From sequence record SRR20825010_2423: a stretch of 64,000 nucleotides of DNA; one strand, 5' to 3'. The notes beneath the pieces are model-generated. The model worked only from the letters and a program-made list of their open reading frames with translations. It ran no database searches and was not told where the DNA came from. Each line of letters starts with the position of its first letter. Position 1 is the first letter of the stretch. Below, piece by piece: positions 20,295 through 29,615 of this stretch. A program made the position numbers and the translations under genes.

Positions 20295-21323
20295 TTAATC
20301 CTGGGGTTGCACATTTTCACCACGAACGACAGCACGAATGAAGTCAAGCTTCATCAATAGCTGTTGCATGCCTACTTTATCTAAACGCTTCGTGTTGTGA
20401 GAGTTGTAGTCCTCTGCTTCCGAGATTTTCCGTTCACCTTCTTCCACAAACTTCCCATAGTTAAGATCTCGCAGATCTGGTGGTACCCGGAAGTAATCAC
20501 CTAAATCCTCTGCTGCTGCCATTTCCTCACGGCTCAGTAACACTTCGAAAAGCTTTTCGCCATGTCGAGTTCCAATCTCACTGACGGCATGCCCCGGCAT
20601 TTCCATAAGCTCAGCCAAGGCATATGCCAGGGTTTGAATCGTCGCAGCGGGCGCTTTCTGAACAAAAATGTCACCGGCAGTGCCGTGTTCAAACGCATAG
20701 AGCACGAGATCCACAGCATCATCCAAAGACATCATGAAACGTGTCATGTTGGGATCTGTTATGGTTATCGATTCACCGGCTCTAATCTGATCTACAAACA
20801 ATGGTATTACTGAACCTCGAGAGGCCATAACGTTCCCATACCGTGTAGCGCAAATAAGCGTATCATTAGCACTACGGGACTTTGCCACTACAACCTTTTC
20901 CATCATCGCCTTAGATATGCCCATTGCATTGATAGGGTAAACAGCTTTATCAGTAGAAAGACAGACAACACGCTCAACCCCACTACTGATTGCCGCCTCT
21001 AACACGTTTTCGGTACCAATTACGTTTGTTTTGACTGCCTCCATAGGATGAAACTCACAAGAAGGCACTTGTTTCAGAGCCGCCGCATGGAATATATAGT
21101 CTGCTCCTCGGGCTGAATTGAGAACAGACTGATAATCACGAACATCACCGATGTAAAATTTTAGTTTTGGCGACGCATACCGCTTTCGCATATCATCTTG
21201 TTTCTTTTCATCCCGACTGAAAATGCGAATTTCCGAAACGTCGGTATTAATAAACCGATCCAATACCGCGTTACCAAAAGATCCAGTTCCACCTGTAATC
21301 AATAAAACTTTATCCTTAAACAT
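20295..21323 (-). CDS. fnlA: UDP-GlcNAc 4,6-dehydratase/5-epimerase (FnlA/WbjB/CapE)
   Basis: TGGTGSFG, SRDEKKQDDMR, HAAALKQVPSCEF, STDKAVYPINAMG, RYGNVMASRGS and YNSHNT. Confidence 0.94.
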   Translation of the reverse strand: MFKDKVLLITGGTGSFGNAVLDRFINTDVSEIRIFSRDEKKQDDMRKRYASPKLKFYIGDVRDYQSVLNSARGADYIFHAAALKQVPSCEFHPMEAVKTNVIGTENVLEAAISSGVERVVCLSTDKAVYPINAMGISKAMMEKVVVAKSRSANDTLICATRYGNVMASRGSVIPLFVDQIRAGESITITDPNMTRFMMSLDDAVDLVLYAFEHGTAGDIFVQKAPAATIQTLAYALAELMEMPGHAVSEIGTRHGEKLFEVLLSREEMAAAEDLGDYFRVPPDLRDLNYGKFVEEGERKISEAEDYNSHNTKRLDKVGMQQLLMKLDFIRAVVRGENVQPQD

Positions 21324-21774
21324 AATCTTAACGAAACCTGTTAGATGCTTTTAATGTAGCCTATGGTTTAAATAAACACTCTCACCACTAATAATGATGA
21401 CGAAATTTCGGTCACGTTCTATGCGATACAATATCGAACATAACTCCAAGTGTCTCCTTGCTCTGTTTCTATTCAAACGAAATCTGAAACTTCTCGTTAA
21501 AATTAAAAACCTATTCTCAAACAACCAGGAACAGACGACCAGTCAGAAAAACCTACCGCTTAATAATGCTATCTCTTGCATAATGGATAATTACTTAACC
21601 AGATCTATTTAAATTATTAATCCAGAAAAACAATAGCATCCATTTTTTAAAATAATACAGACGAAAATGATAAAAGAGAGTGGACAAAAAAATCAGAAAT
21701 TTGTTGTACTGTCACCCGATGTTCTCCCCGTCATAGAAGCCAAAAGCTACGTGCATTAAGACACTGTAGCGGAA

Positions 21775-23103
21775 TCACGGGGAAACACCACCGTTAAAAC
21801 TGTTGATGCTATCGCTGACATCACTCACCTCCCATCGTTCTACAAATTGGTTATCGAACTCTGAAAACCAGCGATCGAAAAATCCAATTTTTCTGATAAA
21901 GCCTGTAGCTGGAACTCTTCTTGTGAGGCAGTATAGAGAGAATACGACTAAAACAGAAAGTGAAATAAACTTAGCCCTTAACAAACTTTTTAAGGGTACT
22001 TTAAAGCACTGGCGCTTTTTACTCTCTACAACTTGGCAAGCATATTGAACAATTTTTTCCGAAGCGATGGAACCGTCAATATTCTCATAATATCGAGCAA
22101 TATCATCATGTTTTAGCGGGAAGGGTTGATCTTCACCTTCTGAATTTAAGCACTCTAAAAAATCAGTTTTTTCAGTTATAAACGTTGCTTTTTTTAAAAG
22201 AACACTATCAAAATAATCCGGTAGCCTAACTGGCCGTAGTATTTGGTATTTCTTTTTCATATAGTGGGACTCAACAACCGTTGTGGAGTACCAGGAAAAG
22301 ATTGAATCTGATGCCATAATCCACTGCTTAGCAGCCCCGAAAGAAATCACTCTAAAATTATCAAACTCCTTAGCTAAACTATATACTTTTTCTAGACTTA
22401 GTTCGTCAGGGTGTGGACGGTAGATAAAAAGTTTATCAGGATTCAGGCTCAGTGCATCTTTAAACCAATCCAGGATCTGGCCCCTCGATCTCGAGTGAAT
22501 CTTAACAAATTCTCTAAGATTGGAGCCTGCGACAGACTCATTCATTCGGAGTCTATGCTCAGAAATGTCGGCATAGGTGAAGCTCGAGAGAAAAAGAACC
22601 CACTCTTTACTCTCATCCATTTCGAACTTCAAGGCTAAGCGTCGCTTATAAGCATCACAGAATTTATCATCGACTTGGCTAAGAACATCCAAATGAGGCG
22701 CGCCGATCATGAGCAAATTCTGTGAAGGGACTCCAAATTCACTAAGTCGTTCGAAAGTTGTCTTGCCCCAACAGATATGGGAGGCATTCATTGCTATTCC
22801 TGAGGGATTATGGTGACCAAGCTTTTCCCATTTATCCGATAAGACCTGTTCATACTGCAGATTTATAATTGCCTTTGGTCTCCCGTATCGTGCTATGAGC
22901 CGGGCTACACTTAAGTCATTATATAGATGAGGAACAATTAATATATCAGGCGATCGGCCGAAAATATTAAAATCACACCCCTTATAAAACTGCGTAACTG
23001 AACAGTCAAAACCTACGTCAACAAGCATTTTCTGCAAAACAATCGCAGTTTCAAGCTCTCTATTTTTTCTCTCATAAACAAGAACAACTTTCCCTAAACT
23101 CAT
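21775..23103 (-). CDS. Surface-carbohydrate biosynthesis protein, candidate nonulosonic-acid transferase
   Basis: YERKNRELE N-terminus, CWG, GAPHLD, IYRPHPDE and STTVVES suggest a GT-B-like layout. AT-rich and translationally coupled to wzy. Confidence 0.6.
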   Translation of the reverse strand: MSLGKVVLVYERKNRELETAIVLQKMLVDVGFDCSVTQFYKGCDFNIFGRSPDILIVPHLYNDLSVARLIARYGRPKAIINLQYEQVLSDKWEKLGHHNPSGIAMNASHICWGKTTFERLSEFGVPSQNLLMIGAPHLDVLSQVDDKFCDAYKRRLALKFEMDESKEWVLFLSSFTYADISEHRLRMNESVAGSNLREFVKIHSRSRGQILDWFKDALSLNPDKLFIYRPHPDELSLEKVYSLAKEFDNFRVISFGAAKQWIMASDSIFSWYSTTVVESHYMKKKYQILRPVRLPDYFDSVLLKKATFITEKTDFLECLNSEGEDQPFPLKHDDIARYYENIDGSIASEKIVQYACQVVESKKRQCFKVPLKSLLRAKFISLSVLVVFSLYCLTRRVPATGFIRKIGFFDRWFSEFDNQFVERWEVSDVSDSINSFNGGVSP

Positions 23104-24388
23104 AGCAGCCTATAACCTTTTCCATAAAACAGTCTATTTATAGAACCCAAAATAAAAAAAGAAAAAACAATTAGGTTTAGATAAGAAAACCCATAAGCAG
23201 GTATGACAGGAGAGAGTAACAGTATGAAACTAAGATAGATAAACAACCCAAGCTTCCAGCCGGTAAATCGAGAGCGCTCTTTCAGAAAAGTCAAACTCAA
23301 CCCAAACAAAGCTCCAATAAATACAGATATAAAAGCTAAGCCTACGAAGCCAAAATCATAGTAAATCGCTGCAGGCAGAGAAACAAAAGCTCCTGCATCA
23401 GAAAAAACACCTTGATCAAGAGGCGCGCTTATTAGAGAGAGCCTAGCCAGCATAACGCTAAATGGATACAGAAAATAGCTTCCTGGCACCGAGTCCAAAT
23501 CGCCAATAACTTGTGCTGTCCATTGACCATGACTTAAATAAGAAAGAATGTATATCGAAAGGAGTTCCGCCTCGGAACTTTCCTGTACTAAATATCCCTC
23601 AACGAACTTGCCCTGAAGAGCGTTAGTCGCACGTGCAAGTAACGTACTTAGGTCAACGCTGCCCATCGACGCACTAGACTTTATGATTTCTGTAACGTAG
23701 ATGAATGCTGGCACACTAAGCAAAGCGCCGATGAACAGCACTTTCATGAAAGTCTTGACATTAACTCGGCCACTCCTCAGAGAAAAAGCTAGAATCATGA
23801 CAATTATTGCGAGTAGGATATTACTCCTCCCTCCATTGAGAGCAGCATGACTGAATATTACCAATAGAAATAAAATAGTGTAAAATGCAATTGATCTAGA
23901 AACAAAGTACCTAGAATTAGCAATAATCAAAAAGAGACCGACGTAACTAAATGGTATAAGAATATTTCCCATTATACTCACAAGCGACCCGCCATCACTT
24001 GCCAACCACTCATAACGTGCTGCTCGGAGCCCTTGGAGGTAACTTATACCTCTTATATAGATCCGATCATATGCCACCATTGCGATCCCTACAAAGGACC
24101 CGGCGCAGCAATAAAAAGTGTTTCGCCGCAAGTTCTTTACTTCGCGCTCAGTAAATATTACTTCATGCCTTTTACTTTTTCCACCAAAATGCTAAATATC
24201 AATACAAGTGAGATAAATACGGAGTTTATTAAAATCAAAAATATGTAATTTTCAACCTGGGCCTTCACAGGAATAAATATAACAGTCAAGTATATTAATA
24301 CGTTAATCAACAAAAATAGAGAGTATATTTTTTTCGACTCTCGAGATAAAAAATTAACTTTGAGCCCGGAATCAGGTCGAAAAGGCAT
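23100..24388 (-). pseudogene. wzy: Wzy-type polysaccharide polymerase split by a single-base frameshift
   Basis: Two hydrophobic ORFs (24388-24158, and a frame open from 24191 to 23100) join into about 430 codons if one base is added within 24161-24191. The product is polytopic with GGRS and a YYDFGFVG motif. Confidence 0.65.
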
Positions 24389-25136
24389 CGTCGATAACCA
24401 GATTCTGACCACAAATATACTCAGAGAAACCAGATAGCAGAAATATCACCGATCCAACTACATCTTCTTTTTGCAACATCCCAGAAGATCGACAATAGGA
24501 TTTATAAGCTTCGACAAAGCGCGCATCTTGTTTGTCGAACACCCCTCCAGGGCTTACTGAGTTGACTCTGAATCGAGATCCTTTCATGAAAGCCGTAAAA
24601 TATGAGCCGAGATGAATAAGAGCGGACTTCACTGCAGCATATTCGACCGGCATTGTCATTTCAGTATTATCATAGATATCGAACTTCGGTGCTATAGTTC
24701 CATATATCGAGGATATATTTACAAGGGAGAAGTTGTAATCGTTAAATTTTGCATAACGAGCACAAGTTTGCATGAAAATAAAATATCCTCCGAGGTGCAA
24801 ACTTACGTTTTCACAGAAGTCTTCATACGTTACTTCGAGTGCTTTTCGCCCATAGTTTTTATTTCTTGGATAAGCGGCGTTTACTGCACCTGTTACCTGA
24901 AACTTAGACTCATCAGCAAAGGCAAAAACATGCTCTATAGATTTTTTGTTCGTTATATCTATTTGGCAAGTTAAAACACGGTCTTGTCCGAGTTCTTCCG
25001 CTAAAGGCGCCAACAGGGTTCTATCCATATCTGCGGCAATCACCCGACCTCCTTCCCGAACCACAGAGCGCACGATTTCGCGCCCAAGTAACCCTCCGGC
25101 GCCAACAACCAAAATGACCTTATTTTCCAATAGCAT
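24372..25136 (-). CDS. SDR oxidoreductase (PtmA/ElaC-like) of the nonulosonate pathway
   Basis: VVGAGGLLG, VNAAYPR, NISSIYG, EYAAVKS, RVNSVSPGG and GQNLVIDD. ATG at 25136. Confidence 0.85.
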   Translation of the reverse strand: MLLENKVILVVGAGGLLGREIVRSVVREGGRVIAADMDRTLLAPLAEELGQDRVLTCQIDITNKKSIEHVFAFADESKFQVTGAVNAAYPRNKNYGRKALEVTYEDFCENVSLHLGGYFIFMQTCARYAKFNDYNFSLVNISSIYGTIAPKFDIYDNTEMTMPVEYAAVKSALIHLGSYFTAFMKGSRFRVNSVSPGGVFDKQDARFVEAYKSYCRSSGMLQKEDVVGSVIFLLSGFSEYICGQNLVIDDAFST

Positions 25137-25821
25137 GCAGAGCCTCCGCGTAGAGCAATTCCGCGAATTTGAAATCCAGGCTGTCATCAATGTCTACAGC
25201 TCGATCTTTGGGGACGATGACGGATTTTACCCTTCCATCGAATAGCCCATTGTGCCCGTGAATGAACTCCTTTCTCAGAGCATAGGCTACGGTTGTCACA
25301 TCAAATGCCTCGGGAGCGTCTTGTCGCCGGCTGTATCCACTTGATTGCGAAAGGATCCCGCATGTACCGTCCTTCTCCCTAGAAACCATGTTAAAGAATG
25401 GGCTCCTTGAGGCCGGTGTTACTGTAATTACGGCATCCGTATCTTTATCGAGCGCATTAATAGTGGCCTCGACATCCGTAACAGATCTCAAAGGACTCGT
25501 CGCTGGCAGGCTCAGGAACGTATCGAATTCCTCCCCTGCCTGCTCCAGATACCCGATGGCGTGCCGCCATGCCTCCCACTCTGGCGACTTGTCGCCTGCC
25601 AGTCCGGCTGGGCGGTCAATCACCTCTGCGCCATAGTGCTCGGCAACCTTCTTTATCTCAGCATCGTCCGTTGAAACAAACACTTTTGAGACCTGCGGCA
25701 AGGCTTTCGCTACATTGATAGAATGCCCGATGAGTGGCACGCCACCCAGAGGCAGGAGATTTTTTCCGGGCAGGCCTTTTGACCCCCCTCTGGCGAATAC
25801 GAATGCAAAAATACGGTTCAC
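25120..25821 (-). CDS. neuA: CMP-nonulosonic acid synthetase (acylneuraminate cytidylyltransferase)
   Basis: ARGGSKGLPGKN, VSTDD, PATSPLR, RRQDAP and DIDDSLDF. Confidence 0.93.
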   Translation of the reverse strand: MNRIFAFVFARGGSKGLPGKNLLPLGGVPLIGHSINVAKALPQVSKVFVSTDDAEIKKVAEHYGAEVIDRPAGLAGDKSPEWEAWRHAIGYLEQAGEEFDTFLSLPATSPLRSVTDVEATINALDKDTDAVITVTPASRSPFFNMVSREKDGTCGILSQSSGYSRRQDAPEAFDVTTVAYALRKEFIHGHNGLFDGRVKSVIVPKDRAVDIDDSLDFKFAELLYAEALHAIGK

Positions 25822-26828
25822 GATATGGCCCTCACATCAACCCAAGCAGAGTGCTCGCTGGAAGCTCTGATAGATTCAATCAGCCGCATTACAACTGAGG
25901 CGGAATCCAAGGACGAGCCAAACACTGCGTCTCCTTGAGCAAACCTGATAAACGCGTTCATTTGATCCATGTACATTTGGTTTCGGTCGTAAGTGGGGTC
26001 TGCATAAATCTTCTCGACAAGACCGTCTGGACGTAACAAGCTAATTTCATTGGCCATTAAGTCCCACAAAACGGTCCCTAGTTTTCCGACAGCCTTGAAA
26101 CGCCGACAGGGTTGGCGCTGATTGAAATCTAGATGAACATGGACCATCAGCCCCCGTTCCAGTTCAAGCAGCGCGTCGACGTTGTCCTCTACGTCGATAT
26201 CCAGCTGCCCCGTGCTTCGGATGACACCCAGTGCCCGTGAAAACGGGCCAAAAAACCAGTTCAGGTAGTCAAGTTCGTGGCTCAGCTCCAGCAGAGCACC
26301 TCCGCCCAAATCCTTTCTCGCAGAGACACTCGATCGGTAGTCACTATCGGGTCGCCAGTCCGGTAGGTACTGTCCCACTTCGGCAAAGGCAGTGCTTATC
26401 GGGCCGACCACCCCATCGTCGAGAAGCGTTTTAACTTTGATTGCTGCGGGCATAAAGCGCAAATTGTAGGCTATGCCGATGCCCGCTGTGTGGCGGCTCA
26501 AATCAAACTGTTTCATTTCAGAAAATGAAACACATAAAGGTTTTTCGATCAGTACAGGCACTTGCGCCACCAACAGCTCATCGGCATTTCTGAGGTGAAA
26601 GGGAGCAGGGGAAGCCACAATCGCAAAATCCGGCTGCCGGCTTATCGCTGTGGACAAATCCGGCACCACTTCCGATGCACCGACTTCATTTTTATTCAAT
26701 GGCCGACCAGATGAACTGACACACAAAACATCTGCATCCGGAAATTGCTCACGCAGGTTCCTAATATGCCGCTTTGCGATACTTCCGCTTCCCACTACCA
26801 GTGCCTGCCTTATCGGGTCAATACTCAT
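25818..26828 (-). CDS. Gfo/Idh/MocA oxidoreductase (PtmF/ElaA-like)
   Basis: GSGSIAKRH, IEKP, YNLRF, GQYLPDWRP and GGGALLELSHELDY. Confidence 0.88.
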   Translation of the reverse strand: MSIDPIRQALVVGSGSIAKRHIRNLREQFPDADVLCVSSSGRPLNKNEVGASEVVPDLSTAISRQPDFAIVASPAPFHLRNADELLVAQVPVLIEKPLCVSFSEMKQFDLSRHTAGIGIAYNLRFMPAAIKVKTLLDDGVVGPISTAFAEVGQYLPDWRPDSDYRSSVSARKDLGGGALLELSHELDYLNWFFGPFSRALGVIRSTGQLDIDVEDNVDALLELERGLMVHVHLDFNQRQPCRRFKAVGKLGTVLWDLMANEISLLRPDGLVEKIYADPTYDRNQMYMDQMNAFIRFAQGDAVFGSSLDSASVVMRLIESIRASSEHSAWVDVRAIS

Positions 26829-27871
26829 AGGAGATCGACTTCTTTCTGCGCTTTCTTGAAGTCGTCCATTTTTCCGATATCCAGCCAGTATTCGTGCACT
26901 GGGAACATGGCTACTTTTTTCTCAAGGTCAATCTGCTTTTCCAGCAAACTGGGCATATCGATTCGTTCACCTGCACTTACAGCGCTGATCAGTTCTGGTG
27001 AGACAACGTAAATGCCGGCGTTGATAAAGCATTTCTGGAGCGGTTTTTCTTCCATGCTCTGGATGTAGGTGCCATCGGTTTGCACAACTCCATAGGGCAC
27101 CCTGTGTTTGTACTCACGCACACACATCGTTGCAACGCTGTTGTGTTCCAGGTGAAAATCCAGCAGCCCACGGTAGTTCACGGTAGTCAGGAGATCGCCA
27201 TTCATCATGATCAATGGGCTGTCAATCTGGTCTTTTGGCAACAAACCGAGGGCTCCGCCTGTACCAAGAGGCTCTTCCTCATGAACATACTCTATATTCA
27301 CACCCCACTGGGAGCCGTCGCCAAAGTGTTCACGAATCATGTCCGGCAGATAGTGGGTTGAAATGAAGAAGCGATAAAACCCAGCCTTTGCGAGACTCTC
27401 AAGTATCAACTCGAGAATGGGTTTGTCGCCTACCTTCAGCAGTGGCTTTGGGCATTCGTTGGTCAGTGGTTGTAACCTTGTCCCGAACCCGCCTGCCATA
27501 AGAAAAACCGGGTTTTCAACGGTTCGGCGTTCCATTAGCCCATGAAGTGTTTCCAGCCCCACAACACGACCTTCGGTGTCCAGCAGTGGGATCTGCAGCA
27601 GTTCCAGGTCCTCCATAACGGACAGGATTTTATCCTTGGACCAACCAATATCCGCGACGTGGGGCGTGGCACACATCACGTCTTTTACCGGGGCGTCCAG
27701 CCGTACATGCTTCAACAGAGCACGGCGAATATCACCATCGGTCAGGGTGCCCAGCAATCGCTGGTTATCGGCCACGATCAAGGCAATCCTCAGCCCGCCT
27801 TTATCAAGAACGGAAATGGCGTCTTCCAGCGGTAGGTCCGGCTGAATGAGAATGTTCTGCCACTTTTTCAT
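26825..27871 (-). CDS. CBS-domain nucleotidyltransferase (PtmE/LgaF-like)
   Basis: N-terminal CBS pair (GTLTDGDIRR), then MAGGFGTRLQPLT..PKPLL, EPLGTGG, NGDLL and WLDIG. Confidence 0.9.
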   Translation of the reverse strand: MKKWQNILIQPDLPLEDAISVLDKGGLRIALIVADNQRLLGTLTDGDIRRALLKHVRLDAPVKDVMCATPHVADIGWSKDKILSVMEDLELLQIPLLDTEGRVVGLETLHGLMERRTVENPVFLMAGGFGTRLQPLTNECPKPLLKVGDKPILELILESLAKAGFYRFFISTHYLPDMIREHFGDGSQWGVNIEYVHEEEPLGTGGALGLLPKDQIDSPLIMMNGDLLTTVNYRGLLDFHLEHNSVATMCVREYKHRVPYGVVQTDGTYIQSMEEKPLQKCFINAGIYVVSPELISAVSAGERIDMPSLLEKQIDLEKKVAMFPVHEYWLDIGKMDDFKKAQKEVDLL

Positions 27872-27916
27872 GTATTAAGTATTCCGTTTGAGAGAAGGGG
27901 TTCATTATCCGGGTGC

Positions 27917-28540
27917 TTATTGCACGTCTCTGGTCGTTAAGGACCCGGCTTTGATAAACGCTTGCGGCCCCACTGTGACTCCCTGGGTGACCGTGGCGCC
28001 AGCACCAACGAAGCTTCCGTTACCAATACGCACATCGCCGCACAGAGTGGCACCGGGGGCCAGATGACAATGGGCGCCCAGTTGAGTGTCATGATCAATG
28101 GAGCTGAGCGTATTCACGATGGTATTCGCACCAATGCTTGCACCGGGTTGTACCACGGCCCCAGCTATCAGCTGTACTCCATCACTGATAGACGCGTAAG
28201 GGGAAAGCCAGACAAATGGGTGTACCAGTGGCGGAAAACAGAAACCCATTTCGGTAAGCCGCTCGAACACGCCTTGGCGAACGCGGTTGCCGGGCATCAT
28301 TCCGATTCCATTGAGTAGCAATACTTTTTCGGGGCTAACTTCAGAGAGGTACTCATCACCGCCTAAAACCTCCAAGCCATGCCAGAACTGATCCCCCTCA
28401 CCCTGGAACTTTGGGTCACAGACTCCGAGGATGCTGGCGCCACAAAGCTCCGCCAGCTCCTGAACAACCCGTGCATGTCCGCCAGCGCCAATTAAAATGC
28501 AATCTTTTGCCCAAAGGTTGGCTACTTTCCTGCTGGTCAC
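27917..28540 (-). CDS. NeuD/PglD-family hexapeptide-repeat acetyltransferase
   Basis: IGAGGHARVV, HP and IDHD, followed by left-handed beta-helix repeats. Confidence 0.9.
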   Translation of the reverse strand: MTSRKVANLWAKDCILIGAGGHARVVQELAELCGASILGVCDPKFQGEGDQFWHGLEVLGGDEYLSEVSPEKVLLLNGIGMMPGNRVRQGVFERLTEMGFCFPPLVHPFVWLSPYASISDGVQLIAGAVVQPGASIGANTIVNTLSSIDHDTQLGAHCHLAPGATLCGDVRIGNGSFVGAGATVTQGVTVGPQAFIKAGSLTTRDVQ

Positions 28541-29601
28541 TCCGGCACATCTCCCTTTGCATAAGCTGCAGATGCTACTTCACCCACCATATCCCAGAGC
28601 ATCATTGGCGAAGCGCCTCGCCCGCAGCGAGCGGTCGACAACGCGTACCGCTCAATCCTTTCGCCTTTTCCGACGGTTTCGCAAAAAATCACCTGCTGCC
28701 GCGCAGCCTTACGAGTATCCCATTCACTGGGCTGAGGCTTTTTGATGCCATCGCCGAGGGCTTGCTCAACGCCACGAATGTTGCTGACCAGTTCTTTGAG
28801 CTCATCGGGCTCAAGCGATGCCTTATGATCCGGGCCCGGTAGGTTGCGATCCAGCGTGAAGTGTTTTTCGATAATGGTGGCGCCCAATGCGACCGCGGCG
28901 GTCGGTATGACCAGGCCCTGCGTGTGGTCTGAGTAACCAACGGGTAACCCGAACGCGTTTGCCAGTGCTCCCATCGCTTTCAGGTTTACTTCTTCCATGG
29001 GTGTCGGGTATTGGGAGGTGCAATGGAGCAACGATATCTTACCCACCAATGACGCCTGTACCCCCGGCTCGCTCCAGAAACGCAATATCTGCTCTAGGCT
29101 TTCCGGCTCCCCTTCGTGGGCGTAGCCGTAAGCGACCACGGCGAGCGCCTGTTCAATTTCGCTCAGTGTTGCCATGCCCGTGGATATAATCAGCTCCTTG
29201 CCGGTTTGTGCAAAGGCCAGCAGCAGGGGGCCATTGGTGATCTCCCCGGAGGGAATTTTGTAATAGGGAAGGTCCAGCGTTTGCAGAAACGCAAGGCTCT
29301 GCAAGTCAAAGGCCGTCGATATAAAAGTAATGCCAAGGTCGCTTGCATACCGCTGGAGTTCAACGTGCCATTCGGATGGCAACTCCAGCTTTTTGAGCAT
29401 GGCGAACTGGCTTTCCAAGGAATCAGTGGTGGCCTGCTGGTACCTTGCCTTTGGGGCTGTGAGCGCAGCCAGCCGCTCAGCGTTGAAAGTTTGGAATTTA
29501 ACGGCATCGGCACCGGAGTTCGCCGCCACTTTGACCAATTGAAGTGCCATCTCACGATCGCCGTTATGATTCACTCCGGCTTCTGCGATTACTCTTACCA
29601 T
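28537..29601 (-). CDS. neuB: Nonulosonic acid synthase (LegI/NeuB family)
   Basis: IAEAGVNHNG, AVKFQTF, KIPSGEITN, STGM, LHCTSQYP, GYSDHT and IEKHFTLD. Confidence 0.94.
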   Translation of the reverse strand: MVRVIAEAGVNHNGDREMALQLVKVAANSGADAVKFQTFNAERLAALTAPKARYQQATTDSLESQFAMLKKLELPSEWHVELQRYASDLGITFISTAFDLQSLAFLQTLDLPYYKIPSGEITNGPLLLAFAQTGKELIISTGMATLSEIEQALAVVAYGYAHEGEPESLEQILRFWSEPGVQASLVGKISLLHCTSQYPTPMEEVNLKAMGALANAFGLPVGYSDHTQGLVIPTAAVALGATIIEKHFTLDRNLPGPDHKASLEPDELKELVSNIRGVEQALGDGIKKPQPSEWDTRKAARQQVIFCETVGKGERIERYALSTARCGRGASPMMLWDMVGEVASAAYAKGDVPE

Positions 29602-29615
29602 TCGCTTTAATCCTC

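Noticed and set aside
21549..21560. ops-like AGCGGTAGGTTT on the minus strand in the AT-rich gap
   Set aside because: Only the GCGGTAG core matches; the leading G and the terminal TG are missing, so it is compatible with chance.
24372..26828. Reading the PtmA/PtmF-like genes as a flagellin glycosylation system for the flagellin at the start of the window
   Set aside because: They are embedded in a wzx/wzy/wzz locus and no Maf-type flagellin transferase was recognised. A surface-polysaccharide role is more parsimonious, although use on flagellin cannot be excluded.
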